Shown piece by piece: positions 8,775-19,076 of a DNA stretch of 64,000 nt (positions within the stretch are counted from its first letter, which is position 1; the number at the start of each line of letters is the position of its first letter). The stretch lies in contig VMGE01000002.1 of assembly GCA_007376395.1 (NCBI GenBank), positions 77,118-141,117 of the forward strand, written 5' to 3'. The notes under the pieces are model-generated. The model was not told the origin of the DNA and made no database searches. It saw nothing but the letters and a program-made list of their open reading frames with translations. A program made the translations under genes and the position numbers. This stretch comes from Microgenomates group bacterium Gr01-1014_5 (GTDB lineage Bacteria > Patescibacteriota > Microgenomatia > UBA8517 > UBA10165).

Positions 8775-11700
8775 TCACGAAACGGTTCCTTGGTTTAGTT
8801 TTGCCCTTTCCGGGCTGGTCGGAATCAAGCGCCCGATAATGACATTCTCCTTCAACCCTAAGAGTTTATCTTCTTTACCTAAAAGCGAGGCCTCTGTCAA
8901 AACACTGGTTGTGTTTTGGAACGAAGCGGCAGACAACCAAGAATCAGTAAATAAGGACGAGCGGGTAATTCCCAAGAAAATAGCTTGTGCTGTTGCCGGC
9001 TCTCCGCCTTCTGCTAAAATCTTCTCGTTTTCTTCTTCAAAGACTGCCCGGTCGACAATATCGCGCGGGAGAAGACTAGTGTCGCCTTGACTAACAATTT
9101 GCAGCTTGTCACACATTTTGCGTGCAATAACCTCAAAATGCTTATCGTTAATACGGATTCCTTGTGACTCGTAAACTTGCTGAATTTGGTCAACTAAATA
9201 TTCTTGTGCTGCGCGCAATCCCTTAACTGCTAAAATTTCTTTGATATCAAGATAGCCTGATGCCAATTGTTTACCCGCCTCAACCAAATCTCCGTCTTTA
9301 ACTTCCAGGTTTGAAGTCAAAGGAATAAGATATTCGCGCTCTTCGATTGGGTGAACTGAAGTGTTGCGCACGCGCACCAACCATCCGTCTTCTTGCTCAG
9401 CAATTTGGACAGACCCTGAAATCTCAGAAATAGGAGACAATGTTTTAGGCGTACGTGCTTCAAACAACTCTTCTACGCGCGGCAAACCTTGAGTCACGTC
9501 TAGTCCAACGATACCTCCTGCGTGTTTGGTTCTCATTGTTAATTGGGTACCAGGCTCGCCTATTGATTGAGCGGCTACAACCCCGACTGGCATACCCAAC
9601 TCAACATGATTACGGGTTGAAAGATCCCAGCCGTAACACGCGGCACAAAGTCCGTAACGCGCCTGACAGGTTAAAGGAGAACGAACTTTAATATTATCGA
9701 TTCCTGCTTCCTCGATTTTAGTGTATATTTCAGGCGTAATAACTTCGTTGCGGGCAAGTTTAATTCCGCCAACAGCTAAATCTTCGGCCACAACTCTCCC
9801 AATCAATCTTTGCGGTAAAGACTTTTCGCGGTTGCGGCGCGTTACTGTTAGACTTTCGCTGGTTCCGCAATCATCTAGACGAATGATGGCGTCGTGGGCA
9901 ACGTCAACAAGCCGGCGCGTTAAGTAACCTGCGTCAGCCGTCTTAATAGCTGAGTCTGTAAGACCTTTTCTTGATCCGCGGGCGCTAGTTACGTACTCAA
10001 AGATTGAAAGTCCTTCTCTAAAGTTAGATTTGGTCGGCAAATCAACAATTTTTCCTAACGGATCAACGACAAGTCCGCGCATAGCAGCCAGCTGTTTCAC
10101 CTGGTCACGGGAAGCACGCCCGACTCCTGCTTCAATAATCACCTTAATTGGGTTGGTGGCAGGGAGTGCCTCCCAAGTCAAATCCGCCATTTCTTCTGTC
10201 GTTTCAATCCAAAGCTCTTGAGTAAGCCTGCGGCGCTCTTCTCCTGTAATCAGCCCTGTCTTGAAATTCTCATCAATTTCCAAGAGCTCTCCTGTTGCTT
10301 CCTCGAGCATTTGTTCTTTATCAGGGTGGATTTGAGCGTCAGTAACCGCAAAGGAAAGCCCCGAAACTGTGCCAGCCATAAACCCGAGCGACTTGACTTT
10401 GTCAATCATTTCGACCACTTCTTCGCGTGTGCCTTGACTCAAGGCTTTGGCAAACAAGCCCCGGATAATAGAAGCTGTTGCTGGTTCATTGGCAAAGCGT
10501 AAATATTCAGGCAAAGCTTCATTAAAGAGCAGGCGTCCGACAGTAGTCGTAATCTTTTCTTGACCAATTCTGACGACTATCTTTTCGCGCAGACGGATGT
10601 GTTTCTTTTGATAAGCCGAAATTGCCTCTTCGCTGTCTGAATACATCCGGGGATTCTCGCCTTTATCTAATGGATCATTACTTGTTAAATAATAAACACC
10701 CAAGGCCATTTCTTTGGAAGCAGGGATCGCAATTGGCGATCCATCAGCAGGACGTAAAAGATTGTTCTCCGGGCTCATAAGTCTCATCGCTTCTTCGCGG
10801 GCACGTTTCGAGAGAGGTACGTGAACCGCCATTTGGTCACCGTCAAAATCTGCGTTATAACCAGAACAGACGCAGGGGTGAACACGGATAGCCGAACCTT
10901 CAATAAGAACCGGATAAAAGGCTTGGATACCCAATTTGTGTAAAGTTGGCGCGCGGTTTAACAAAACCGGGTGATCGTGGGTAATTTCTTCGAGAATATC
11001 AAAGATTTCAGGAGGCCTGCGGTCAAGCATATTCTTAGCACTTTTAACATTGGGTGCGATTCCACGGATAATCATCTCGCGTAAAACGAAAGGTTTAAAC
11101 ATTTCCAAAGCCATTTCTTTTGGCAGACCACATTGGTTAAGACGGAGCTCTGGACCGACAACGATGACCGAGCGTCCAGAATAATCAACACGTTTACCTA
11201 AAAGGTTTTGGCGGAAACGTCCTTGTTTCCCGCGCAACATGTCGGAAAGAGAGCGCAAATATTGGCGGTCACGGCCGCGGCGTGCAGTTTGGCGCTGAGA
11301 AGCATCAATTAGAGAGTCAACTGACTCTTGCAGCATGCGTTTTTCGTTTCTTAAGATAATTCCTGGAGCACCAAGCTCTAAGAGGTGGCGCAGTCTGTTG
11401 TTGCGGTTGATAACACGGCGGTAAAGATCGTTTAAGTCGCTGGTTGCAAAACGTCCTCCTGATAACTGAACCATCGGGCGAAGATCTGGCGGCAAAACAG
11501 GCAAAACCTTTAAGATCATCCAACTTGGGTCAACAGATGCGCGGCGCATACCGTCAACCAAGCGCAAACGTTTTGTTAGTTTTATCTTGCGCACATCAGA
11601 AGCCTCTTCTAACTCTTCGCGGATTTGTTTCGAGAGTTCGTCAAGGTTGAGCTTGGCCATTACCCTTAGCAAGACTTCAGCCCCCATGTCGGCTTCGAAA

Positions 11701-12482
11701 AAATCTACCGCGTCGTAGTTTTCCAGCTCAATATACTCTTCGTCAGACAAAAGAGACATTGGGCGCACGCCTTTAACGATATCCAAAAGTCTATTAAAAA
11801 GCTCTTCTGTTTTTGCTTGCCCGCTTTTTGCCTCTTCATGAACTGCAGTTAGCGTGTTGCGGGTTGATAATTCAATCTCTTGTTTTGAAAGATTGAATTG
11901 CTCTTTATTCTTAATCTTTTCCTGCAAAGCTTCTGCTTTGCGGTCTGCTTCACGGCGGATTTTTTCAGTTTCCTGTCTTTCATTTTCTATAATCTCATCA
12001 ACTCTAACTTTGGCTGCTTTCTCAATTGACTCAATTGCTTTTTTACGGCCGTCTTCCCGCACAGCAGTAACCAAAAAGCGCGCAAAATAAATAACCTGTT
12101 CTAAAGCTTTGGGAGGAACGTCTAATATTAGGGAAAGTTTTGAAGGAGCGCCTTTGAAAAACCAAACATGGGCAACAGGAACGGCGAGGGTAATATGTCC
12201 CATGCGCTCGCGGCGAACGCGGGATTGGGTAACTTCGACTCCACACTTATCGCAAATAATCCCTTTATAGCGAATCCTTTTATATTTGCCGCAGTAACAC
12301 TCCCAGTCTTTCGTCGGTCCAAAAATGCGCTCGTCAAAAAGACCATCTTTTTCAGGTTTTAGAGTCCTGTAATTGATAGTTTCCGGCTTGGTTACTTCGC
12401 CGTTAGACCAATTTTTGATCTCGTCATGCGAAGCAAGCTTTACTTTTAATCTTGAAAAATCAGTTAAGTCTTTCAGTTCCAT
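8775..12482 (-). CDS. rpoC: DNA-directed RNA polymerase beta' subunit
   Basis: 1235 aa; Zn-binding CxxC...C N-terminus and NADFDGD catalytic motif. Confidence 0.97.
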   Translation of the reverse strand: MELKDLTDFSRLKVKLASHDEIKNWSNGEVTKPETINYRTLKPEKDGLFDERIFGPTKDWECYCGKYKRIRYKGIICDKCGVEVTQSRVRRERMGHITLAVPVAHVWFFKGAPSKLSLILDVPPKALEQVIYFARFLVTAVREDGRKKAIESIEKAAKVRVDEIIENERQETEKIRREADRKAEALQEKIKNKEQFNLSKQEIELSTRNTLTAVHEEAKSGQAKTEELFNRLLDIVKGVRPMSLLSDEEYIELENYDAVDFFEADMGAEVLLRVMAKLNLDELSKQIREELEEASDVRKIKLTKRLRLVDGMRRASVDPSWMILKVLPVLPPDLRPMVQLSGGRFATSDLNDLYRRVINRNNRLRHLLELGAPGIILRNEKRMLQESVDSLIDASQRQTARRGRDRQYLRSLSDMLRGKQGRFRQNLLGKRVDYSGRSVIVVGPELRLNQCGLPKEMALEMFKPFVLREMIIRGIAPNVKSAKNMLDRRPPEIFDILEEITHDHPVLLNRAPTLHKLGIQAFYPVLIEGSAIRVHPCVCSGYNADFDGDQMAVHVPLSKRAREEAMRLMSPENNLLRPADGSPIAIPASKEMALGVYYLTSNDPLDKGENPRMYSDSEEAISAYQKKHIRLREKIVVRIGQEKITTTVGRLLFNEALPEYLRFANEPATASIIRGLFAKALSQGTREEVVEMIDKVKSLGFMAGTVSGLSFAVTDAQIHPDKEQMLEEATGELLEIDENFKTGLITGEERRRLTQELWIETTEEMADLTWEALPATNPIKVIIEAGVGRASRDQVKQLAAMRGLVVDPLGKIVDLPTKSNFREGLSIFEYVTSARGSRKGLTDSAIKTADAGYLTRRLVDVAHDAIIRLDDCGTSESLTVTRRNREKSLPQRLIGRVVAEDLAVGGIKLARNEVITPEIYTKIEEAGIDNIKVRSPLTCQARYGLCAACYGWDLSTRNHVELGMPVGVVAAQSIGEPGTQLTMRTKHAGGIVGLDVTQGLPRVEELFEARTPKTLSPISEISGSVQIAEQEDGWLVRVRNTSVHPIEEREYLIPLTSNLEVKDGDLVEAGKQLASGYLDIKEILAVKGLRAAQEYLVDQIQQVYESQGIRINDKHFEVIARKMCDKLQIVSQGDTSLLPRDIVDRAVFEEENEKILAEGGEPATAQAIFLGITRSSLFTDSWLSAASFQNTTSVLTEASLLGKEDKLLGLKENVIIGRLIPTSPERAKLNQGTVS

Positions 12483-12504
12483 ATAATAAATAGTTGGACT
12501 GGTT

Positions 12505-15500
12505 CTACTCTTTTGCCTCCTCCATTTTTAGGCCTTCAACTTGCTCTGTCATGATTAGTTCTGGCACAACGCCTTCAATTACAGGATCAACTTCCTCTTC
12601 TGTTTTAGTTATCAAATGCCCCGCAGGAGTAATCGACAAACCTAAAGAATTAAGTTCGCGGACTAAAACCTTGAACGACTCCGGAACCGTTGACTCAGGA
12701 ATCTCGGTACCTTTAACAATTGCCTCGAAAGCGCGCGCGCGACCCACAACGTCGTCAGATTTTATGGTAAGCATTTCTTGCAAGGTATGAGCGGCACGGT
12801 GTGCCTCTAAAGCCCAAACTTCCATTTCTCCAAGTCGTTGTCCACCCATTTGCGCTTTACCTCCTAAAGGCTGTTGGGTGACCAAAGAGTATGGTCCGGT
12901 TGAACGGGCGTGGGTCTTATCTTCAACCATGTGGGTAAGCTTCATGATGTAACCGCGCCCAACGACAGTTTCTTGCTCAAACGGCTCGCCTGTTTTACCG
13001 TCGTAAAGTTGAATTTTTCCTGAAACCGGAAGTTTCGCGTCTTTCATAATTTTATCAGTTTGTTCTGGCGTAAGCTTGTCAAAGACAGGAAGGGCAAACT
13101 TAGTTTTAAGTTCTCCCGCGGCCCAACCAAGTTGTGCTTCTAAGAGTTGTCCCAAGTTCATACGCGCAAGAACAGAAAGCGGGGAAATAATAATATCTAT
13201 CGGGGTTCCGTCTGCCAAGTGCGGCATATCATAATCAGGAACGATCTTCGAAATAACTCCTTTGTTTCCGTGACGTCCGGCAAGCTTGTCTCCGACGGCG
13301 ACTTTACGCATTTGGGCAACACGCACCACAACTTTCATTAAAGTCCCAGGGTCTAAATCGTCACCCTTTTCGCGGTCTAATATTTGCACATCGACAACTA
13401 TTCCGTGTTCTCCATGCGGCACACGCAAGGACGTATCCCGCACTTCCCGTGCCTTCTCGCCAAAAATGGCGCGAAGTAAACGTTCCTCTGAAGTAAGTTC
13501 TGTCTCGCCTTTCGGAGCGATTTTTCCTACCAAAATATCATTTGCCCGCACTTCTGCGCCAATGACAACAATTCCGTCTGCTGCTAAATTGGCCAAATCG
13601 CTCTCAGCAACGTTGGGGATATCGCGGGTTAACTCTTCAGGCCCAAGCTTAGTATCCACAACCTGTGCTTCGTATTCTTCGATATGGATAGAAGTTAGGC
13701 TGTCTTCCCGCACTAGACGGTCTGAAACCACAATTGCGTCTTCAAAGCCCAAACCTTCAAAAGAACAATAGGCAATAAGCAGGTTTTGCCCTAAAGAAAG
13801 CTCTCCGTCGTCGGTTGCCGGTCCGTCTGCCAAAAGGTCTCCGGGACGAACCACATCTCCGACAACAACCTTTGATCTTTGGTTAAAAGCAGTCGACTGA
13901 GAAGTTCTTTTAAATTTATCTAAAGTGTAAATTTCCCGCTTACCGTCCATCTTAATACGATCTCCTTCACGGTCATCGATTACCGATTTGCCGCTAACTT
14001 CAATTTCGATTTTTTCCGCGTCGACATAAACAATGCGTCCGCCGTTTCTAGCACGAACAACCCGACCCATAGCAGAGGCTACTGTTTCTTCCATACCAGT
14101 ACCCATAAGTGGAGCTTCTGGGCGAACTAAAGGCACAGCTTGGCATTGCATGTTGGTGCCCATTAAAGCACGGTTTGCCTCATCGTGAGATAAAAACGGT
14201 ATAAGGGAAGCAGAAGTGCCGATAACTTGGCGGGGTGTTAAATCGATAAGTTCGATTTCGTCCAAAGGTCCTTCGGTAAACGAGCCTTGGTAGCGCATTG
14301 GTACCCAGTTATCAAGAATAAAACCGTCTTTATCGGTCGCAAGCGAGGCGTGAGTAATGTGATAATTTTCCTCATCATCTGCCGTAATGTAGACAATTTC
14401 GTCAGTGGCGCGCACTTTTTTGCCAACTTTCTCAATCTTGCGGTAGGGAGACTCCAAAAATCCATGCGGGTTTACGCGTGTGTAAAGGGCTAAATACGTA
14501 ACCAAACCTATAGACGGTCCTTCTGGAGAGCGTACCGGGTCGATACGGCCATATTGGGAAGCATTAATGTCGCGGATAGAGAATGATGCGCGCTCTTTAG
14601 TAATACCGCCCGGACCCATAACAGAAAGGCGCCGGATATTATCAAGCTCAGAAAGAGGATTTGTTTGATCTAAAATAGCCGACAGCTGGTTTGAGCGGAA
14701 AAATTCGTTTAAAGCGGCAATTAACGGCCTAGCGTTAACCAAGACGCTCGGGCTGACTAATTCTTCAGTGGAAGTTAAGCTCATCTTTTCTTTAATTGAA
14801 CGCTCGAGCCTAACCATTCCGACACGGAAAGCAGACGATAAAACAAGCTCCCCAACAGTCCTAACTCTGCGGTTTGCCAAGTGGTCAATATCGTCAACCT
14901 TACCCTGTCCATTTTGCAAACTTATCAAATAGCGCAAGGTTTGCACCACATCTTCAAGTTTTAATACCCAGTTTTCTTGAGTGTTGGGGAAGTCTAATCC
15001 AAGCTTTTTGTTCATCTTGTAGCGGCCAACACGGTCGAGACCATAACGGCGCACGTCAAAGAACAAGCTTTTAAAGAGCGTGTCTGCGTTTTCCAAAACG
15101 ACCAATTCTCCGGCGCGCATTTTGCGGTAAATCTCCAAAAGCGCTCCGTCGTGATCTCGGGTAGGATCTTTTAATAAAGTAGCAATAATATAGTTGTGGT
15201 TCTTATCAGTATCAACATCTGCAAACTTTGCTTTTATCTCTTCTTCGCTTTCTAGTCCCATTGCGCGCAAAAGCGTTGTTGCTAAAATCTTTCTGCGGCG
15301 GTCAATACGGGCAATAATTCCGTCCTGACGGGTTACTTCAAACTCCAGCCACGACCCTCGCGCAGGGCGAATTTCCGCCCGGTACAACATGCGCCCAGAG
15401 GCAGGATCAATTTCTCCTGAGAAATAAACTCCCGGAGAGCGCACAATTTGGTTAACCACAGCTCGTTCAATGCCGTTAACAACAAAAGTTGCCTCAGGAG

Positions 15501-15840
15501 TCATTTGCGGAATATCTCCCAAAAAGACTTCTTGGGTTGTAACTTTACCCGTCTTTTTATTTAAAAGTGTAGTTTGGGCATGGAGTGCGGAAGAGAAAGT
15601 TAAACCTTTATTGCGGGCTCGTGTTGGAGAAATTTCAGGGGGGCTAATGTTAAATTCGCCAAAAGTTAGTTCCCAGTTCTTGCCAGTAAAATCCGAGACC
15701 GGCGAGATCTCGAGAAGCGCCTCGCCAATTCCCTCCCTAAGAAAGGTTTGCCAAGACTCCTTTTGTATGGCCAGCAGATTGATTTGCGACAAAGTCCGAT
15801 CTGCTTGGCTCAAGAATTGACGTTTAAGCGAGGAAGCCAT
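12505..15840 (-). CDS. rpoB: DNA-directed RNA polymerase beta subunit
   Basis: Conserved beta-subunit blocks throughout. The start is placed at ATG 15840 (MASSLKRQF...), which aligns with RpoB N-termini. The ORF track extends to a GTG at 15948, which would leave almost no leader after the promoter at 15963-15991. Confidence 0.9.
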   Translation of the reverse strand: MASSLKRQFLSQADRTLSQINLLAIQKESWQTFLREGIGEALLEISPVSDFTGKNWELTFGEFNISPPEISPTRARNKGLTFSSALHAQTTLLNKKTGKVTTQEVFLGDIPQMTPEATFVVNGIERAVVNQIVRSPGVYFSGEIDPASGRMLYRAEIRPARGSWLEFEVTRQDGIIARIDRRRKILATTLLRAMGLESEEEIKAKFADVDTDKNHNYIIATLLKDPTRDHDGALLEIYRKMRAGELVVLENADTLFKSLFFDVRRYGLDRVGRYKMNKKLGLDFPNTQENWVLKLEDVVQTLRYLISLQNGQGKVDDIDHLANRRVRTVGELVLSSAFRVGMVRLERSIKEKMSLTSTEELVSPSVLVNARPLIAALNEFFRSNQLSAILDQTNPLSELDNIRRLSVMGPGGITKERASFSIRDINASQYGRIDPVRSPEGPSIGLVTYLALYTRVNPHGFLESPYRKIEKVGKKVRATDEIVYITADDEENYHITHASLATDKDGFILDNWVPMRYQGSFTEGPLDEIELIDLTPRQVIGTSASLIPFLSHDEANRALMGTNMQCQAVPLVRPEAPLMGTGMEETVASAMGRVVRARNGGRIVYVDAEKIEIEVSGKSVIDDREGDRIKMDGKREIYTLDKFKRTSQSTAFNQRSKVVVGDVVRPGDLLADGPATDDGELSLGQNLLIAYCSFEGLGFEDAIVVSDRLVREDSLTSIHIEEYEAQVVDTKLGPEELTRDIPNVAESDLANLAADGIVVIGAEVRANDILVGKIAPKGETELTSEERLLRAIFGEKAREVRDTSLRVPHGEHGIVVDVQILDREKGDDLDPGTLMKVVVRVAQMRKVAVGDKLAGRHGNKGVISKIVPDYDMPHLADGTPIDIIISPLSVLARMNLGQLLEAQLGWAAGELKTKFALPVFDKLTPEQTDKIMKDAKLPVSGKIQLYDGKTGEPFEQETVVGRGYIMKLTHMVEDKTHARSTGPYSLVTQQPLGGKAQMGGQRLGEMEVWALEAHRAAHTLQEMLTIKSDDVVGRARAFEAIVKGTEIPESTVPESFKVLVRELNSLGLSITPAGHLITKTEEEVDPVIEGVVPELIMTEQVEGLKMEEAKE

Positions 15841-15962
15841 CAATCGATTTATTGTAAACAAATTTTTGCGCTGGTCCCCGTTAAGCGAGGTGGGCGTGCA
15901 AGACGCAAAAATACCGCCATTAGGCGATACAAAACTGGGCGTACTCACGTACGCTTAAGGAG

Positions 15963-15991
15963 AATATACACTATCACCCAAAGCTTGTCAA
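15963..15991 (-). promoter_or_regulatory. near-consensus sigma70-type promoter for rpoB (TTGACA-17-TATATT)
   Basis: Minus strand reads cTTGACAagctttgggtgatagtgTATATTc; -35 at 15986-15991, -10 at 15963-15968. Confidence 0.5.
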
Positions 15992-15992
15992 G
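15975..15992. repeat. 18-bp direct repeat copy 1 (CACCCAAAGCTTGTCAAG)
   Basis: Exact 18-mer also present at 17318-17335; overlaps the rpoB -35 element. Confidence 0.7.
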
Positions 15993-16086
15993 AGCTATAA
16001 TTAGTCTCAGACAACTCGGGTGTCTGAATTCCGCGCTTATCGCAGGCTATTCTATCGACTTCATCCTAAAATTGCTACAATGAGGC

Positions 16087-17277
16087 GTGAACTACACTGC
16101 ACGCCTAAAAAGAAACATTAAGCTTTTCTATATTGTCGATTTTCTAATTGGACTCGACTTTGTCATTCCTGTTTGGGTAGCTTTCCATCTTCGCGTCCTT
16201 GATTACTCCCAAATTGCCATTTTAACAGCTTTTCTCTACGGATTAACAATGATCTTAGAACTTCCGACTGGAGCGCTAGCTGATATGTTGGGCAGAAAAT
16301 GGACAACCGCCCTGGGTTGGATTTTCCAAGGATTAGGATATGCGTTCATCGCCTTTGCCAATAGTTTTACAGCATTTGGTATTGGTTACTTTATCGTAGC
16401 TATTGGCATAGCTTTAGTATCAGGAGCAAGTGTGGCCATGGTCTATGACACTTTTAAAGAATTAAAGAGAGAAAACGAATATTCAAAATTTGTTGCCAAA
16501 TCAAGCACTCTCTTTAGAATCGGACTAATCGTAGGAACCTTTACTGGGGGATATCTCTATCAGCTGCACTTGAGTCTTCCGTACCTCTTAATGGGTTTAG
16601 CCTATCTTGTTGCAGTCGGCTTTATTTTACTTCAACAAGAGCCAAAGATTGACACAGAAAAATTTACATTGACAAATTATCTTAGACAAACAAGAGATGG
16701 TTTTAAAGAGGTGTTTAAAACACAGTACTTAAAGAAGTTAACCTTGTTTTATACATTAGCGGGAGGCATTACTTGGGCCTGTGCTATCTACTTCAATCAA
16801 CCCTTTGCTAAAGACTTAGGGTTTGGCGAGATTGAACAAAGCTGGCTCTTTGGGGGAATCTATTTAACTAGTACTTCCATCATCTACCTCCTTTCCAGAA
16901 ATGATAAATTCCTTGACCGGAATAAAATTTATCTTGGTTTTCCAATTATCTTATCTTTAGCCTTATTGCCTGGTATTATCGCCTCAAAACTTGTTGCACC
17001 TGTTCTTCTTCTTGGCATTCTCGTTTGCACCAGTGGACGTTTTGCGTTTTTAGACCGTTATGCAAATTTAGAATATGAATCAAAGTATCGCGCTACCGCC
17101 GTTTCAGCCTTAAATATGTTGGTAAGTTTGTTTGTAATTATCGCTGTCGGTTTAAGCGGAAAGCTTCAGGATCTTTATGGAACACCCTTGGTCTTTACCT
17201 TACTGGGCATCGTTGCTCTTTTTGCAATGCTCCCGGTCGGTATAAACCTGGCAAGGCACAAACTACCAACAAAATAA
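16087..17277 (+). CDS. MFS-family transporter
   Basis: 396 aa, about 12 predicted TM helices, MFS-like loop motif (DMLGRKWT). Confidence 0.75.
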   Translation: MNYTARLKRNIKLFYIVDFLIGLDFVIPVWVAFHLRVLDYSQIAILTAFLYGLTMILELPTGALADMLGRKWTTALGWIFQGLGYAFIAFANSFTAFGIGYFIVAIGIALVSGASVAMVYDTFKELKRENEYSKFVAKSSTLFRIGLIVGTFTGGYLYQLHLSLPYLLMGLAYLVAVGFILLQQEPKIDTEKFTLTNYLRQTRDGFKEVFKTQYLKKLTLFYTLAGGITWACAIYFNQPFAKDLGFGEIEQSWLFGGIYLTSTSIIYLLSRNDKFLDRNKIYLGFPIILSLALLPGIIASKLVAPVLLLGILVCTSGRFAFLDRYANLEYESKYRATAVSALNMLVSLFVIIAVGLSGKLQDLYGTPLVFTLLGIVALFAMLPVGINLARHKLPTK

Positions 17278-17287
17278 GACTACCAGC

Positions 17288-17725
17288 TTGGCCATACACC
17301 TCCGAGGTGTAAACCTACACCCAAAGCTTGTCAAGTACTTATCACGCTTGATTTACCCATGCCGCATTTGTTACTATCCAAGCATAATGTCACTTCATGA
17401 GCGGATCGAACCTGTCGAGGGACTTATAAGAAGAGATGAAAACGGAGAAATAATCGGTTTTGCTACAGCCTACGTGTGCCCTGAGAGAGATCTTATTGCA
17501 ACTTCTGAAGGCATAGGAACACCCGGGTTTACGGTAGCCAGCGACCCAGACATAAGAGATGCTTTAATCAATCACTTAAGGGATCACGGAATACCAATAA
17601 GAGCCTTTGACCCTAAAAACTCAGTTAGGATTCACGGCTTTAGCGCTAAAAATTGGAATTCCCCTTGGGAACCAAAAGGTCCCCAGCCTAACTGGCTGGT
17701 AATCAAAAACCCCGCAGAACAATAA
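17288..17725 (+). CDS. hypothetical protein (true start probably ATG 17387, MSLHERIEP...)
   Basis: ORF with no recognisable motifs; 4-bp gap to the next ORF suggests an operon. Confidence 0.4.
   Translation: MAIHLRGVNLHPKLVKYLSRLIYPCRICYYPSIMSLHERIEPVEGLIRRDENGEIIGFATAYVCPERDLIATSEGIGTPGFTVASDPDIRDALINHLRDHGIPIRAFDPKNSVRIHGFSAKNWNSPWEPKGPQPNWLVIKNPAEQ
17304..17335. repeat. GAGGTGTAAAC 11-mer plus 18-bp direct repeat copy 2
   Basis: 11-mer at 17304-17314 (embedded in palindrome ACACCTCCGAGGTGT) is shared with the repeats at 18160-18170 and 20688-20698; CACCCAAAGCTTGTCAAG sits at 17318-17335. Confidence 0.7.
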
Positions 17726-17728
17726 TCT

Positions 17729-18121
17729 ATGACTGTAAAACATGAGCTTCCTAAAATAATTAAAGATGTCGGGTTTGATTTTAACTGGAGTGAAGAAAAA
17801 GTCTGGGCTTTAGACGTTCCCGTGGTTGATATGGATGTTGCCAAGCTTGAGTGGCACTTAGACATTCCTTTTTGGTGGACAAATAACGGTTTTTACAACC
17901 TGGCGCCACGCGAGGTAATTAATAATCCTGAAAAACATAAAGAAGAATACGAAAGAGTACTAAACGCAGACCTGAAACATCCATTAGACATAATGTTTTG
18001 GCGCGGTCGATGGTTGTTTTTAGACGGACTCCATAGATTTGTGAAAGCCTATCTCCGAGGCGATAAAACAGTCAAGGTGAGAAAAATCCCCCAGGAAGCA
18101 ATCCTTCAAATTAAAAACTAA
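17729..18121 (+). CDS. ParB/Srx-fold (ParB N-terminal nuclease-like) domain protein
   Basis: HPLDIMFWRGRWLFLDGLHRFVKAYLRGDKTVKVRKIP resembles the ParB N-domain core (P-I-x-V...LxDGhHRxxAxxxxG...IP). Confidence 0.45.
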   Translation: MTVKHELPKIIKDVGFDFNWSEEKVWALDVPVVDMDVAKLEWHLDIPFWWTNNGFYNLAPREVINNPEKHKEEYERVLNADLKHPLDIMFWRGRWLFLDGLHRFVKAYLRGDKTVKVRKIPQEAILQIKN

Positions 18122-18170
18122 TAGCCTTACCAGGTGAGACCCTGGAAGCTCTGGAGGCTGGAGGTGTAAA
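18121..18170. repeat. direct repeat B copy 1 (TAGCCTTACCAGGTGAGACC...TGGAGGTGTAAAC)
   Basis: 20-bp plus 13-bp exact matches to 20665-20698; this copy has a 17-bp internal insert (ctggaagctctggaggc). Confidence 0.7.
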
Positions 18171-18185
18171 CGTAAAAAAGCAAAA

Positions 18186-19001
18186 TTAAGTTCTTATGTC
18201 TCTTTTGGAAAGTAATATATGACAGTAAGGCTTTGTCAAGAAATCATCGTTGATTAAGTAATGGCTAAGACTTGCGGAAGGATAATAGGAATTACAATTT
18301 AGATAAAGTATTTGTCTGTTTTCAGTAGGTTTTGGGTTATGTTTTGAACCTGGTAATTCAAATAAACCACCTCTTGCCATATCAGAATAAGCATTCCAAA
18401 AAGCTATACCTTCTAAAATAATTCCAAAACGGTCTCCAGACCCTAAGCATTCAATAAGAGGGAGTGCCCGACCATAAACTATTCCCGCAACTGAAACCCA
18501 TGTAGTAAAAGGTTTTTCCGAAACAGTAAACCTCTCACCAGTTTTAGCCAGAACTGCATCATCGATATTTACTTTAATACCAGATAAATTTGTCTGTTCT
18601 CTCCATGGAATCCTCGTTCCTTCTACAATTAGGGGTCTCAACCCTAGATTAACGGACGAAGAAGGTCTTTCAGGAAATGGAGGGAGAGAATTTATATATT
18701 CTTTTTCGGAGGTTCCAAGTCTTCTAGCAAAAAGATGAGCCATTTTCATTGCTTGTCTATTGTGTTCAGCTTCCAAGGATATCTCAGGATTGGGCTCTCT
18801 GTCAGCCCATTCGGACCATCTGGATGACTCTCTGGATTCAGGAACAGAGAATGGAATAGGAGATGGGTTGGCAAGAGAAGTTGCTTCACTCCATGACAAA
18901 CCAAGTTGCTGCTGTAGCCGGATTGCTAATCCATAAGGCCCCAGAGTGTTACCACTTTCTCTTATAATTCGGCCTATTAAATCTGCTTTCCATCTTTCCA
19001 T
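18186..19001 (-). CDS. hypothetical protein
   Basis: 271-aa ORF, no recognisable domain. Confidence 0.4.
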   Translation of the reverse strand: MERWKADLIGRIIRESGNTLGPYGLAIRLQQQLGLSWSEATSLANPSPIPFSVPESRESSRWSEWADREPNPEISLEAEHNRQAMKMAHLFARRLGTSEKEYINSLPPFPERPSSSVNLGLRPLIVEGTRIPWREQTNLSGIKVNIDDAVLAKTGERFTVSEKPFTTWVSVAGIVYGRALPLIECLGSGDRFGIILEGIAFWNAYSDMARGGLFELPGSKHNPKPTENRQILYLNCNSYYPSASLSHYLINDDFLTKPYCHILLSKRDIRT

Positions 19002-19061
19002 ACTGCTATTTTAGCAAAATTCTTATTTAGCTTCAAATAGGGGTTCCACAAAAACCTATTT

Positions 19062-19070
19062 TGGTATAAT
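19062..19070 (+). promoter_or_regulatory. extended -10 promoter (TGgTATAAT) 6 nt before the ATG: leaderless transcript
   Basis: TGGTATAAT at 19062-19070, ATG at 19077. Confidence 0.45.
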
Positions 19071-19076
19071 CGGACC

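Noticed and set aside
12494-15820. Numerous 60-190-aa ORFs on the opposite strand or in alternative frames inside rpoB, rpoC, fusA, pnp, dnaK and others (e.g. 13286-13771, 1534-2100, 40700-41032)
   Set aside because: They lie fully within long, well-supported conserved genes and have low-complexity composition; they are shadow ORFs.
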